DNA of 55,794 nucleotides from a virus, in IMG/VR virus record IMGVR_UViG_3300045988_069429; one strand, 5' to 3'. Positions 40,838 through 50,432 of the stretch are shown here, one piece after another. Below the pieces are notes generated by a model. That model did no database searches, was not told where the DNA came from, and saw nothing but the letters and a program-made list of their open reading frames with translations. The first letter of the stretch is position 1. Each line of letters starts with the position of its first letter. The translations under genes were made by a program, and so were the position numbers.

Positions 40838-41500
40838 TCAACCTCTCATTCTGTCAATTCTATCTTGCACTTCTTTAGGTGCTTCAATATATTCTTCTGC
40901 GTTTGTATTTTGACCGACAAGGGCATTTTCTTTGATTGTAGGTGTATTTATATCTCTTTGGAATTTTTGCTGGAATTGAGCTTTATACGAAATTGCATTC
41001 ATCTTTTCGATAAGTGATTTAATGTCGTCTGGCATACGATTTATTTCATTTGCACGCTTAACAACCGTTTCGTAAGTTCTTAGAAAATTCGATTGTATTA
41101 CTGTTTCAATCGTCTGATAATCTGATGTCGCCCAGTTTTTAAGGTTGTCTGGCATACCAACCGCCTGTTTTACAAGTGGCGGTAGCTTGTTAAATTCTTC
41201 AACCGCCCCATATGTGCCGTTCCTTAATGCTTTACTGACTAATCCCCAAGCTGTCATTCCGTCAAGTTCTTGCGGCTGTGATATAGTCTGTATCTTACCT
41301 ATCAACTGTCCTATACTTGGGGCAAATCCGCTTGTATCAGAGTTGATGTATGCTTTAAGTGCGACTGACACTTGTTCATAACTGTAATTTTCCAGCATCA
41401 TATTCCACACATCTACTGTTTCTGATAGGTTGTTAGGTTTGTAGTTAGGGTAGCAATCACACATAATGCGAATAATTTTAACTGTTTCTTCTCTTGTCAT
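40838..41500 (-). CDS. G39P-like helicase loader
   Basis: EETVKIIRIMCDCYPNYKPNNLSETVDVWNMMLENYSYEQVSVALKAYINSDTSGFAPSIGQLI matches the pattern of the family named Loader and inhibitor of phage G40P. Confidence 0.6.
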   Translation of the reverse strand: MTREETVKIIRIMCDCYPNYKPNNLSETVDVWNMMLENYSYEQVSVALKAYINSDTSGFAPSIGQLIGKIQTISQPQELDGMTAWGLVSKALRNGTYGAVEEFNKLPPLVKQAVGMPDNLKNWATSDYQTIETVIQSNFLRTYETVVKRANEINRMPDDIKSLIEKMNAISYKAQFQQKFQRDINTPTIKENALVGQNTNAEEYIEAPKEVQDRIDRMRG

Positions 41501-41657
41501 TACTACCTCCTTTCAATTGATTAGAAATAGTATCTAATTTGCCGCATATAATAGCACTATTAATTGCGATTATTTTTAAGAGTGATTCAACCTTTCCGTT
41601 GTGCGGATAATCACTTCTAAAATTTATTTTGTTGAGTGTATCATCTAATCTACTCAT
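41478..41657 (-). CDS. Small hypothetical protein (59 aa)
   Basis: Hand translation: MSRLDDTLNKINFRSDYPHNGKVESLLKIIAINSAIICGKLDTISNQLKGGSNDKRRNS. It overlaps the next start by 23 nt. Confidence 0.4.
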   Translation of the reverse strand: MSRLDDTLNKINFRSDYPHNGKVESLLKIIAINSAIICGKLDTISNQLKGGSNDKRRNS

Positions 41658-41669
41658 TCTTACTGCCCC

Positions 41670-42491
41670 CTACACATTATCCCAATCAATAGCACCCTTA
41701 CTGAAATTTTGATTGCCTTGCTTTTCGGAAACGACATTCTGATTAAGATAACTCTCAAACTTCGTACCAAACAAGGTATCTGGTCTTAAATATCTTTCCC
41801 TTTCAGTTCCAAGCCATTCATTGACTTTTTTATCTATGACTGTGTAAAAATCCTGTTCAGTATATCCCTCTTTGATTCTTGCCCCGATATGTTTCTTAGT
41901 ATTAGGTGTATTGTATTTATATCTGGTATTACATCTGTTATTTAAGTAACTAATAATATTTATATATATATTATTATCTATATTATCTTTCCTTTTATTT
42001 ACTATATTATTATTAACAGAAACAGAATCAGATACAGTATCAGAATCAGTATCAGAAACAGATGTCTCCATAGGGTATGTATACCCTATGTATAGGGTAT
42101 TATTTTTGATGAAATCAACCATATCATTAACATATTTTCTAAATTCATCAGATTTAATATGTTTGGCAACTCCTAAAACCCCTGCCAAGACTTTCTCTGA
42201 TTTGCTCCAGTTATACTTATACCAATGTAATATCAGCACTTCTTTAGTTTCTGAATCAAATTTAATAACCTTGTGTATTTTATCAAACCTTTCTAACAGT
42301 CTGATAATAGTATCTTTGTTATAACCTGTCTGCCTTGTCATTTGCGAATAACTAACCTCATAACACCCACATATATTTGTCTGTGGATTTGTTAGCAAAT
42401 ATATGTAGAAATACTTGTCCTCTGGCGTAAAATCATCTTCAACCTTGTTATCGGTCCAAAATGATAATTGAACATTTCTATATATTGCCAT
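41670..42491 (-). CDS. Phage replisome organizer (DnaD-like N-domain plus conserved phage C-terminus)
   Basis: Start at ATG 42491 after AGGAG. MAIYRNVQLSFWTDNKV...YFYIYLLTNPQTNICGCYE, and C-terminal WLGTERERYLRPDTLFGTKFESYLNQ. Confidence 0.75.
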   Translation of the reverse strand: MAIYRNVQLSFWTDNKVEDDFTPEDKYFYIYLLTNPQTNICGCYEVSYSQMTRQTGYNKDTIIRLLERFDKIHKVIKFDSETKEVLILHWYKYNWSKSEKVLAGVLGVAKHIKSDEFRKYVNDMVDFIKNNTLYIGYTYPMETSVSDTDSDTVSDSVSVNNNIVNKRKDNIDNNIYINIISYLNNRCNTRYKYNTPNTKKHIGARIKEGYTEQDFYTVIDKKVNEWLGTERERYLRPDTLFGTKFESYLNQNVVSEKQGNQNFSKGAIDWDNV

Positions 42492-42526
42492 ATTATTACT
42501 CCTGTTCTTCAAGTTCTGTCACATTG

Positions 42527-42733
42527 TTACTTCACTAAATCGTTGATATTAACTCTAAATCCGTCAAATTCCTTACCTTTACTTCTAACATAGGCAGATG
42601 TATCAAAGAACATCAAGTTGCCACTATTGTCGGTTGCCATACTTACACCATTTCTCGTAAGACTGCCTTTGAGTAGGTCAAGTAAAATCTGTATTTCCTG
42701 CTTTGTTTCATCTTTCATTATTTGCCTCTCCAT
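42527..42733 (-). CDS. Hypothetical small protein
   Basis: ORF overlapping the upstream stop. Confidence 0.5.
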   Translation of the reverse strand: MERQIMKDETKQEIQILLDLLKGSLTRNGVSMATDNSGNLMFFDTSAYVRSKGKEFDGFRVNINDLVK

Positions 42734-43435
42734 ATCTCTTCATCAAGAATATATTGTCTGATAAATCTATCTGCGTACTGTGGGTGTATCATTGACCTTG
42801 CTGTTTTTCTGTCTACTCCCAATGGATTATCGCTTGTAACATATCTTTGTTTCATAACCTCAACTACCTCTAATGGTTCAAAAATAAGATTATTCTTAGG
42901 TTGTAAACCAATGAACCAATATTGCGTAGGCTTTTTATAGTAATCTCCGTTCAATGTCCTGTCTTTGTCGATGACATTGGGCTTTAAGCACCAAAAATGT
43001 GTTAAATAATGCATTCCGCTAGTACTCAATGGATTTTCTATAATCAGCCTTAGATGTTTTCTTTGACATACAATGACAAACTTATTAAGTATCTCATAGA
43101 ACAAACTTAACTGCCTATGCCTTTTCATTGACACCTCACATTTTTGCTCAATAGTGTAATTCTTATATTGATAAGCCGTGCAGCATAAATGCCTAGGACT
43201 TTGGTCTGAAAAATAAGTGCAAGGGAAAAATGCAAATATCAAATCATCTGGGCTTATCTTATCAAACAAACTCGGCTCGCCTTGATACCCCCCCCTCTAT
43301 CTCTTTAAAAAGGTCAGTAACATAATCGGTTTCGTTAAATTCATTCTGAATATCATAGTCGTAGGCTTCAATTCCATACTTTTTGAAAGCATTCTTGAAT
43401 GTGCCCGACTGTTCAAATAAACAATGTACTATCAT
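42718..43435 (-). pseudogene. C5-cytosine DNA methyltransferase-like gene split by a frameshift in a G8 tract
   Basis: N-terminal ORF 43262-43435 (MIVHCLFEQSGTFKNAFKKYGIEAYDYDIQNEF...KEIEGG). C-terminal ORF 42718-43269 carries FFPCTYFS (motif IV-like) and LIIENP (motif VI-like). Removing one G joins them as ...EIEGGYQGEPSLFDKISPDD... Confidence 0.6.
43288..43295. repeat. Homopolymer C8 (G8 on the coding strand) at the methyltransferase frameshift
   Basis: Counted directly: cttgata-cccccccc-tctat. Confidence 0.9.
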
Positions 43436-44217
43436 TCTGTATCTCCTATAAAGTCAAATAAGTTCATCTGTGATGTCTCGGCTTTTACTCGGCTTTCAGC
43501 AATTTTATAATTTTTATCATCATTTTCAAATGCGATAAATTTTAATCCACAATTATGTGCCGCTATTGCAAAAGTTCCACTTCCTGCGAATGGATCCAAA
43601 AGTAGTTCACCATTTCTTGCAGATTGAGTAATCATATCCTCTGCAATATCAAGTCGCTTTTGATTCGGGTGTTCCGTCCTCTCATTGCCTTGACAAATTG
43701 GTTTTACCCAAAAAGATTGCTTCTGTCCTTTCTCGATATTCCAATAATGTTTAGCACCTGGCAACTTTGTAGCAAAAATGCAAAATTCAGTGCTAGACAT
43801 ATATCCAACCTTAAATATTTGAGGGCAAGGATTGGTTTTACACCAAACCAATGTACTTCTAACATGGAATCCTATATCTTTAAGTATATATTCAATAAAA
43901 GATACCTCATTTTTAGGAACCCACATATATAGACTAGCACTGTCTTTCATAACTCTATACACTTCGACAAAGACGCTCTGAATAAAGCTGAAATACGCCT
44001 CATTATCTGCAAAGAAATCCCATTTGCCATAATTGAAATTGAGTTCTTTTTTGTTTCCGCTTCTCTTTAATGCCTTGCTATCTATCGCACTTCTATCAAT
44101 AGACTTTTTTTGAGAAATATTATAAGGAATATCTGTCATTACAATATCTATCATTCCATCATCTATTAATTTAAGCCCATCCCTGCAATCCATTTTATAC
44201 AATCCATTTTCTAGCAT
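43432..44217 (-). CDS. N6-adenine/N4-cytosine DNA methyltransferase (beta class)
   Basis: DIVMTDIPYNI (DPPY-type motif IV) precedes LLLDPFAGSGTFAIAA (motif I). Confidence 0.8.
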   Translation of the reverse strand: MLENGLYKMDCRDGLKLIDDGMIDIVMTDIPYNISQKKSIDRSAIDSKALKRSGNKKELNFNYGKWDFFADNEAYFSFIQSVFVEVYRVMKDSASLYMWVPKNEVSFIEYILKDIGFHVRSTLVWCKTNPCPQIFKVGYMSSTEFCIFATKLPGAKHYWNIEKGQKQSFWVKPICQGNERTEHPNQKRLDIAEDMITQSARNGELLLDPFAGSGTFAIAAHNCGLKFIAFENDDKNYKIAESRVKAETSQMNLFDFIGDTE

Positions 44218-44280
44218 TTTAAATCTACCAAAAGGAAACCTCGGTTTTATGTCGCGACAACCTATTCCTTTCTTTGATTT

Positions 44281-44421
44281 TTAGTCTATAGTCCTATACT
44301 TATCTTCGTAAAATTCCCTATCTTCTTCATTGGAATAGGCTCTTTTACAATTCGTACAAAATTCTAAATGCACCTCTATATCTGTGCTGTTTTCGTATCT
44401 ACAGCCATTGCAATCATTCAT
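44281..44421 (-). CDS. Small zinc-ribbon protein (46 aa)
   Basis: ATGA overlap with the upstream stop. Hand translation: MNDCNGCRYENSTDIEVHLEFCTNCKRAYSNEEDREFYEDKYRTID. Confidence 0.5.
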   Translation of the reverse strand: MNDCNGCRYENSTDIEVHLEFCTNCKRAYSNEEDREFYEDKYRTID

Positions 44422-44771
44422 TCCGAATCACCCACTTTCTCAAAAGGAACTCCTCTTAAATGCTCATCAAGGTCTAATTCCGTTCCATCAATATTTCCAT
44501 TCAGCTTGTTTTGGCAATGACACAATAGTATTTCAAGGTCGCAAATTCTACCTGCCCTATACTCACTTCTTACGAAGTCAAGAACTCTTTTTACGCTTTC
44601 CATCCTGTACTTTACTATCTTTGAATTGTACTCAAGTCTTATATCTGCAATTTCTTTTTCATGCCGTCTGATTTCAGCTAAATCACACTTGCAAAATTCA
44701 TAATCACTAATAAGTTTTTCCTTTGTATCTCGTGCGATTTCTTCTGCTGTATAGCCTTTAATTTCGCTCAT
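44418..44771 (-). CDS. Hypothetical protein
   Basis: ORF with a start/stop overlap. Confidence 0.5.
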   Translation of the reverse strand: MSEIKGYTAEEIARDTKEKLISDYEFCKCDLAEIRRHEKEIADIRLEYNSKIVKYRMESVKRVLDFVRSEYRAGRICDLEILLCHCQNKLNGNIDGTELDLDEHLRGVPFEKVGDSE

Positions 44772-45367
44772 TCGTTCCTACCTTCTTTCAATATATCCAT
44801 AAACTTCTCATACTGTTTCTGTGATACCTTGTTATTAGCCTTATCCGCTCTCAATTCGATTTTAAGGTGCTTTTCAGCGATAGAAGATAATTCCCTCGCT
44901 AACACCTTTTTGCCTTGCTGTATGCCTTGCATATAGCCTTTAGGCGCTTTTCTCTCGCCTATTGAACCACTAGCACGATTTTCTCCTTGACCGCCTAAAC
45001 TGACATTTCTAAGCTGATAGCCTTTATCAGCATATAGCTTGATGTAATACTTCTCTTTTTCGTCAAGCTGACTTTCGGGAAAATTTAGAAATTCAACTCG
45101 CCAGCCATAAGGATTTTTCTCTTTGTCGTACAGCTTGTGTTTGCGTAAGCTAAGGTCTATATGCTGTTCATAACCTACAAGGTGGCTTGCCAATCTGCTA
45201 AGTGTATGTACTGCCTGTCCGACATATGCATACTTAAATCCGTTTTCATCTTCTCGGAGTAAGAAATATATTCCGCTTTTATCATTCAGCTTTGGATTCA
45301 GCTTCAGTAGTCGCTTTTTATTTTCCTGTTCAATTGCCTTGGCTCTTGCTATGTTCTGATAATTCAA
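44768..45367 (-). CDS. GIY-YIG nuclease-domain protein
   Basis: GIYFLLREDENGFKYAYVGQAVHTLSRLASH...EKYYIKLYADKGYQLRN. Confidence 0.7.
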   Translation of the reverse strand: MNYQNIARAKAIEQENKKRLLKLNPKLNDKSGIYFLLREDENGFKYAYVGQAVHTLSRLASHLVGYEQHIDLSLRKHKLYDKEKNPYGWRVEFLNFPESQLDEKEKYYIKLYADKGYQLRNVSLGGQGENRASGSIGERKAPKGYMQGIQQGKKVLARELSSIAEKHLKIELRADKANNKVSQKQYEKFMDILKEGRNE

Positions 45368-45813
45368 TAATTGCCACCTGCCTTTAATTGCTCTAAAACT
45401 TTGTCATTGTATTCTTTTAAGTGAAGAGCATATGGATTGCATTTGATCAACATAAACTTACATTCTTCACTTATAAGTCTGTGGTAATCCTCTAAAGCTG
45501 TAAAATACACCTCTTTGTTGTGATTATTTTCAGTGTCAACATCTGCCTTTACTATCTTAATCGCTTCTTTCAATGGTACTATTTCATACGATTTTGACCA
45601 TCCTACAGGTCTTGACAGTGTACTTCTATTCTCTAATTGTTCTACAACCTTATTCACATCATAGGCAGTTGGAGTTTGCGTTTCATCATTGATAATACTC
45701 TTTACGATATTCAGACCGGCATTTATGCCTTTTGCGTATGCCCCTATCTCTCGTTCTTTCTGGTCTTTCATCAGTTCTAATAATTTATCTGCATCAATCA
45801 GTCTCATACTCAC
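45364..45813 (-). CDS. Hypothetical protein
   Basis: ORF in the operon. Confidence 0.5.
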   Translation of the reverse strand: MSMRLIDADKLLELMKDQKEREIGAYAKGINAGLNIVKSIINDETQTPTAYDVNKVVEQLENRSTLSRPVGWSKSYEIVPLKEAIKIVKADVDTENNHNKEVYFTALEDYHRLISEECKFMLIKCNPYALHLKEYNDKVLEQLKAGGNY

Positions 45814-45819
45814 ACCTCT

Positions 45820-46248
45820 TTAATTAAATGGTAATCCCTCGTCAGCTACATTGTCTGGAATTGACATAAAACTGTCTGAACTAGCATTACCGCCCATAAT
45901 TCCATTATTGTTGCTCTGCTGATTAGTACGACTTTCGCAGAACTCGTGTCTTTCAACAACACAATCATTAGTGTATACTTTCTGTCTGTCCTTGTTAGTG
46001 TAGTTGCCTGTCTGCCATCTACCCTCAACGATAATCTTAGTTCCCTGATGTAAATACTTCTCTGCAAACTCTCCATTCTTGCCGAATGCTACGCAGGAAA
46101 TAAAGTCTGCTGCCTGTTCGCCCTCTTTTTTGAGAGCTCTGTCAACAGCTAATGTATATCTTGCTACCGCCATACTTCCGTTTACTGTCTGTGAATATCT
46201 TACTTCTGGCTCTCTAGTCAGCCTGCCACATAAAATCACACGATTCAT
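45820..46248 (-). CDS. ssb: Single-stranded DNA-binding protein (canonical, acidic tip)
   Basis: MNRVILCGRLTREPEVRY...FISCVAFGKNGEFAEKYLHQGTKIIVEGRWQTGNY...DEGLPF. Confidence 0.9.
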   Translation of the reverse strand: MNRVILCGRLTREPEVRYSQTVNGSMAVARYTLAVDRALKKEGEQAADFISCVAFGKNGEFAEKYLHQGTKIIVEGRWQTGNYTNKDRQKVYTNDCVVERHEFCESRTNQQSNNNGIMGGNASSDSFMSIPDNVADEGLPFN

Positions 46249-46688
46249 TACTTTTCCTCACTTTCTAATAGTTCTTTATTATCAAAAATGTTGCCGATAA
46301 CTTCAACTCGATTTCCGTTCTGAACGTATTTCCACAAATCATCATTTATAGAACCGCTTCCATTTTTCCCCATTCCGATAGCAAATGTTGTTCTAAAGCC
46401 TTTATAGAATACTTTTCCCAACCTTTTCTTCGTATCTTTGTTTGGGAATGGGCAATCATCATTATCTCGTTGGAACAAAATAATGTCACCTTCCCAAATC
46501 AGCTTGCCATTCTTGTCTTTCAAGCCTGTGCATTGGCAGATGGTGGATGGGTCTACTTCAATCATATTAGGCACATCATTTGTCATTCCCCACAGAATAT
46601 ACCGCTTTTCCCAAATGCCGTATAAATAGCCCTGAACCCATTCTCCGTTATCAATTCTTTTAGCCTTAAATAAATATCTATCTTCCAT
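46248..46688 (-). CDS. YopX-family protein
   Basis: YLFKAKRIDNGEWVQGYLY...CTGLKDKNGKLIWEGDII. Confidence 0.7.
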   Translation of the reverse strand: MEDRYLFKAKRIDNGEWVQGYLYGIWEKRYILWGMTNDVPNMIEVDPSTICQCTGLKDKNGKLIWEGDIILFQRDNDDCPFPNKDTKKRLGKVFYKGFRTTFAIGMGKNGSGSINDDLWKYVQNGNRVEVIGNIFDNKELLESEEK

Positions 46689-46700
46689 ATTCTATCCTTT

Positions 46701-46985
46701 CTAATGCCTTGATATTTCAATCTCGCTATTCAATATGGCATTAAGTTCCTTGCTAAGTAAATCAAGCTCCTGTTTTGTCAATGATTGAGCTTCATTTATC
46801 GCACTCATTACAGATGTACTGTTTAATTTTCTATCATAGATATTTAATGCCTTACAATTCATATATAGCGTTTCTCCACAGCCACATAGTGTGTGAACAC
46901 ATATATCTAATCTTTTATTGTCACCTCTGTAGATGGTTCCAGACTCAACCGGCTTTCCATATTTTGCATTGCTTATATACTTCAT
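46701..46985 (-). CDS. Hypothetical protein
   Basis: Start moved to ATG 46985 after GGAGGG. Confidence 0.5.
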   Translation of the reverse strand: MKYISNAKYGKPVESGTIYRGDNKRLDICVHTLCGCGETLYMNCKALNIYDRKLNSTSVMSAINEAQSLTKQELDLLSKELNAILNSEIEISRH

Positions 46986-46993
46986 ACTCCCTC

Positions 46994-47341
46994 CTATTCC
47001 GCTTCTGATTGCAACCAATCCATACAACTAGCTTCTCCTTCGTATTCCTCTCCAAATGTGTTTTTGAATCCGACAAGAAATTCTGCTAACTCTTCATCCG
47101 ACATATTCCTTATCCTGTCGGCATTGGTTGTTGTGAATTTAGATGAAGTAATCTCCATCGTCACGTCTGTAATAAGCCCATCTCCATAACCATCTAACTT
47201 TACAGATTCAATACTTCCAGAAAAATTGCCATTTAGAGATAGATTCAACATTCTTGGCTTTCCTGTAGCACCATATCTATTTTCTTTTGTATCAAGAATT
47301 TTTATCAAATCACTAACTGTTACTACTTTCATTTTCTCCAC
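46994..47341 (-). CDS. Hypothetical protein
   Basis: ORF in the operon. Confidence 0.5.
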   Translation of the reverse strand: MEKMKVVTVSDLIKILDTKENRYGATGKPRMLNLSLNGNFSGSIESVKLDGYGDGLITDVTMEITSSKFTTTNADRIRNMSDEELAEFLVGFKNTFGEEYEGEASCMDWLQSEAE

Positions 47342-47353
47342 CTCTCAATTCTT

Positions 47354-47911
47354 TCAATACAATTTAAAAGCACCGTCCCATTTTTTCCACTTTAAAAGCT
47401 TTCCACAGTAATGACATTTTTCAAAATCATTGCTTGAAGTTACATATTCTCCGCATTTAGGACAACTGCCGCCTACGTATTCAAAATCACTTGACGGACA
47501 TTGACTTATTACTTCTTCTATGTAGTTAGGTTCTTTTAATCTTGCTTCCGCCTCGCCCTTTGTAAGAAATACCGATTTACCAAAATCCGAAGCGTGTACT
47601 GTTATGTCATCCAAGTCATCTTTTGGAAAACCTGCTGAATACGCAATGCAGCGATACCGTACTACATTTAAAAGAATGGTTATTTCATAAACTTCATATT
47701 CTAATATTTGCCCCAATTCCCTGCAAAAATGCCAAACGGTATCCTTTGTTGTGCAAGACAATTTAATAAGTCTACCTTGCTCCTCTAAGTCCTCATAATC
47801 TGCTAATTTCTGTAACACATTATGACGATTGTTTTCCCATTCGATAGGTTCTCCACTAGGTGTAGCATATACACCTGTTCCGTTAGCACTTCTTCTTGTT
47901 AATCTCTCCAT
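47354..47911 (-). CDS. Hypothetical protein with a C-terminal zinc ribbon
   Basis: CPKCGEY...CHYCGK. The N-terminal MERLTRR...LADYEDLEEQGRLIKL segment is common in Firmicute phages. Confidence 0.5.
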   Translation of the reverse strand: MERLTRRSANGTGVYATPSGEPIEWENNRHNVLQKLADYEDLEEQGRLIKLSCTTKDTVWHFCRELGQILEYEVYEITILLNVVRYRCIAYSAGFPKDDLDDITVHASDFGKSVFLTKGEAEARLKEPNYIEEVISQCPSSDFEYVGGSCPKCGEYVTSSNDFEKCHYCGKLLKWKKWDGAFKLY

Positions 47912-47923
47912 TTCCGCTCCTTT

Positions 47924-48661
47924 CTAAAACGGACATTCACTAGGATTTTTCAAATCCCAACTTTTTCCTGCAACCGCAACATCTACATTCGCCCCACAAG
48001 CAACTTTTCTCATCTTCTCGATAAAACTATCTCTATCAGAATTTTCACTTGATAGATGGCACATTATGACATTCTGCAAGCTATCTGAATAATTTGCCTT
48101 AACAAAATCACAAGCCGTGTCAATGGATAAGTGACCTCTGAAAACGTGGTTAGCTTTGCCTGTGTTGTCTCTGTCGATTAAATCCTTGTCATAATTCACA
48201 CCTAAAAGGATATGGTTGATGCCTTTAAATTTCCACTTGACAACCTCACAATCGGTTATATAAAGCATTCTCCCCATTTCCGGGTGAGTAATCAGAAAGC
48301 CGACTATCGGACAAGGTTCGCCATTTGCGTCTGTGTGCGTCCAATTTCCGTCTATTGTTGTTAGGTCAAATGCTCTCACAGTAAAATAAGAATTTGCTAA
48401 GAACTGGTTCATAAGCAAGGCTTCGTATGGTTTGCATACAGGAATACCCATAGTTTCAAAATCTTTTACTGACTTGCTGTGGTCAAGGTGTTTATGGGTG
48501 CATAACACACCCACAACATCTTTAATGTTCCAATCTAAGCCTTTTTTAATCTCCTTAATCGGTATTCCACAATCAAGGATAAGCGTTTCTCCACTGTTGG
48601 AAGTTAATAAATAACAATTTCCGGCTGACGATGAGCCTAAGCATTTTAATTTCATACTCAC
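47924..48661 (-). CDS. Metallo-beta-lactamase-fold hydrolase (possible nuclease partner of RecT)
   Basis: HxHxDH motif in CTHKHLDHS. Adjacent to recT. Confidence 0.7.
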   Translation of the reverse strand: MSMKLKCLGSSSAGNCYLLTSNSGETLILDCGIPIKEIKKGLDWNIKDVVGVLCTHKHLDHSKSVKDFETMGIPVCKPYEALLMNQFLANSYFTVRAFDLTTIDGNWTHTDANGEPCPIVGFLITHPEMGRMLYITDCEVVKWKFKGINHILLGVNYDKDLIDRDNTGKANHVFRGHLSIDTACDFVKANYSDSLQNVIMCHLSSENSDRDSFIEKMRKVACGANVDVAVAGKSWDLKNPSECPF

Positions 48662-48990
48662 ACCTCGATTTCATCATCCTGTGGAAACTGAAAGTACTCT
48701 GTTGTAGCTTTCCGGAATTGTTCCTCACTCAAAATACGCTGTACTTCTTCAAAACGCTTTGAACTGGCTGTGCAATGATAAAACACATTATTTTCATACA
48801 CTTTTCTAAGCATTTCCATAGCTTTAAGCGCTTTTGCGTTGGTTGAGTATTCAGCAATTTTTACACTCGGTGCGTATGAGCTTTGGCAATATATGTGTGC
48901 TACTTTTGCATCATATTTAGCACCAATAACAAATAATTGATAATCATTATATGGAACATCTAATGCTCCGTCCTGCGAAATTATTCTCAT
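48658..48990 (-). CDS. Hypothetical protein
   Basis: The track ORF extends to 49194 across recT. ATG 48990 after AGGAG gives MRIISQDGALDV... Confidence 0.5.
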   Translation of the reverse strand: MRIISQDGALDVPYNDYQLFVIGAKYDAKVAHIYCQSSYAPSVKIAEYSTNAKALKAMEMLRKVYENNVFYHCTASSKRFEEVQRILSEEQFRKATTEYFQFPQDDEIEV

Positions 48991-49000
48991 ACTTAATCTC

Positions 49001-49885
49001 CTATTCTGCCTGCATAAATGGCGGTAATGTGCTATCTTCCGCCTGTTTTTCGGTTGCTTCTGTGGCTGTGCACTCGATAATGTCGCTTTCTTCAAAATCA
49101 ACGCTGTTTGCGTTCTGCTCAATATCGTAAGCAACATCCTGTTCAAGCATTTTATCGTGGCTGATTTCCTCGTAATCCTCGTTTTCATTACCACTATGAG
49201 AATTATTGATATATTTAAGCAATCTATTTTTGACGGTTTTCATAGCCATCTGGTCAGCAAATTTCTGATGAGCACCATTGCCATTCTCTTTGTAGCCATA
49301 ACCCTGTTTCCAAGCCTGCTTAATCTGTACAATGGTCATAACCTCTGCTATCTTCTCTCCGTCATCCATAATCGCCACTGCATAAGCCCCGGTAATCTTA
49401 TCGTTGTCGATATTCTCAAAACTCTGTTCGTGGCAATCAATAATTGTCTTAGCGTCCTCTTTGTGATACTTGAACACATCTCCCTTGTAAATGACCGCTG
49501 CATTAATGTCTTTAAGTCCGAATCTCCTTGCTACACAAGTGTTTCCATACACTGACTTCTGACACTGTAGCTTGCCACCATAAGCAACCGGGTAGCACTG
49601 TTTCTTCTGCATTGAAAGTCCGTTCGTAACCATTTCAACAAGTGCATTTTCGATACTCGCCCTTGTGCAACTCTGCAATACAGGCTTTTTGTTCATATCT
49701 ACTGTGTCCTGCAAAATCAGCATTGCCGACATAAATTCATTTGTGTAATTGTAATCCTTAGGGAATGTCAAGCCAAATTTCTCTTTCTGCTTGATTTTTA
49801 CAACCATTCCCTCTGTAAAATCTTTTGCTACAAGCTCTCTGCTTTCAGCTTCTTTCTTTTCCACAACTGCTGCATTCTCTGCCAT
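49001..49885 (-). CDS. recT: RecT-family single-strand annealing protein
   Basis: ...QKKQCYPVAYGGKLQCQKSVYGNTCVARRFGLKDINAAVIYKGDVFKY... fits the RecT pattern, in a recombination-module context. Confidence 0.65.
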   Translation of the reverse strand: MAENAAVVEKKEAESRELVAKDFTEGMVVKIKQKEKFGLTFPKDYNYTNEFMSAMLILQDTVDMNKKPVLQSCTRASIENALVEMVTNGLSMQKKQCYPVAYGGKLQCQKSVYGNTCVARRFGLKDINAAVIYKGDVFKYHKEDAKTIIDCHEQSFENIDNDKITGAYAVAIMDDGEKIAEVMTIVQIKQAWKQGYGYKENGNGAHQKFADQMAMKTVKNRLLKYINNSHSGNENEDYEEISHDKMLEQDVAYDIEQNANSVDFEESDIIECTATEATEKQAEDSTLPPFMQAE

Positions 49886-49887
49886 AA

Positions 49888-50427
49888 TTAATCCTCACTT
49901 TCTTCAAACTCTTTTAACTGTTCCGCTAACTTCTTGCACTCTTCTGCTACATATTCTTCTGTACGGATTATCAATCCTTCAATACGGAATCTGTCCTCAC
50001 ACTCAATCTGTATAGCAAGGTTGCTTCTATAATTGGGAAATTTCTCATAAGCAAGTTTAAGTTCCCTTGCGTCACCGTAATGTCCGCAATCAAATCCGAA
50101 CCACCACAAATCACTCTCGATTGGATAACTTGAATGCTCTCCACCGCCTGCATATGTAATGCCACCGTGACACTGAAAATATGCTTCAATGCGGATTCTT
50201 TCGTCCTTATCAAAGCAAGCGCCCAGCAAAGGAAAAACACCACTTATCTCTCTACTCTTCAAATCTTCCTTTTTAATTTCAAGATAGTCTGAATAGTTCT
50301 TGCCATATAGCGGATGATTCTTTGGAACGCCAACATATCCACATCTATGCCCTATTGCGCCGAATATAACAACACATTTGTATCCAGAGTGTTCAAACTC
50401 ACGCTCTACAACATATCTATCATTCAT
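49888..50427 (-). CDS. Hypothetical protein
   Basis: ORF in the operon. Confidence 0.5.
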   Translation of the reverse strand: MNDRYVVEREFEHSGYKCVVIFGAIGHRCGYVGVPKNHPLYGKNYSDYLEIKKEDLKSREISGVFPLLGACFDKDERIRIEAYFQCHGGITYAGGGEHSSYPIESDLWWFGFDCGHYGDARELKLAYEKFPNYRSNLAIQIECEDRFRIEGLIIRTEEYVAEECKKLAEQLKEFEESED

Positions 50428-50432
50428 AGTGC

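Noticed and set aside
48991-49194. N-terminal 68 codons of track ORF 48658-49194
   Set aside because: This part overlaps the 3' end of recT in another frame and is Arg/Lys/Thr-rich with no RBS. An internal ATG at 48990 has a strong AGGAG.
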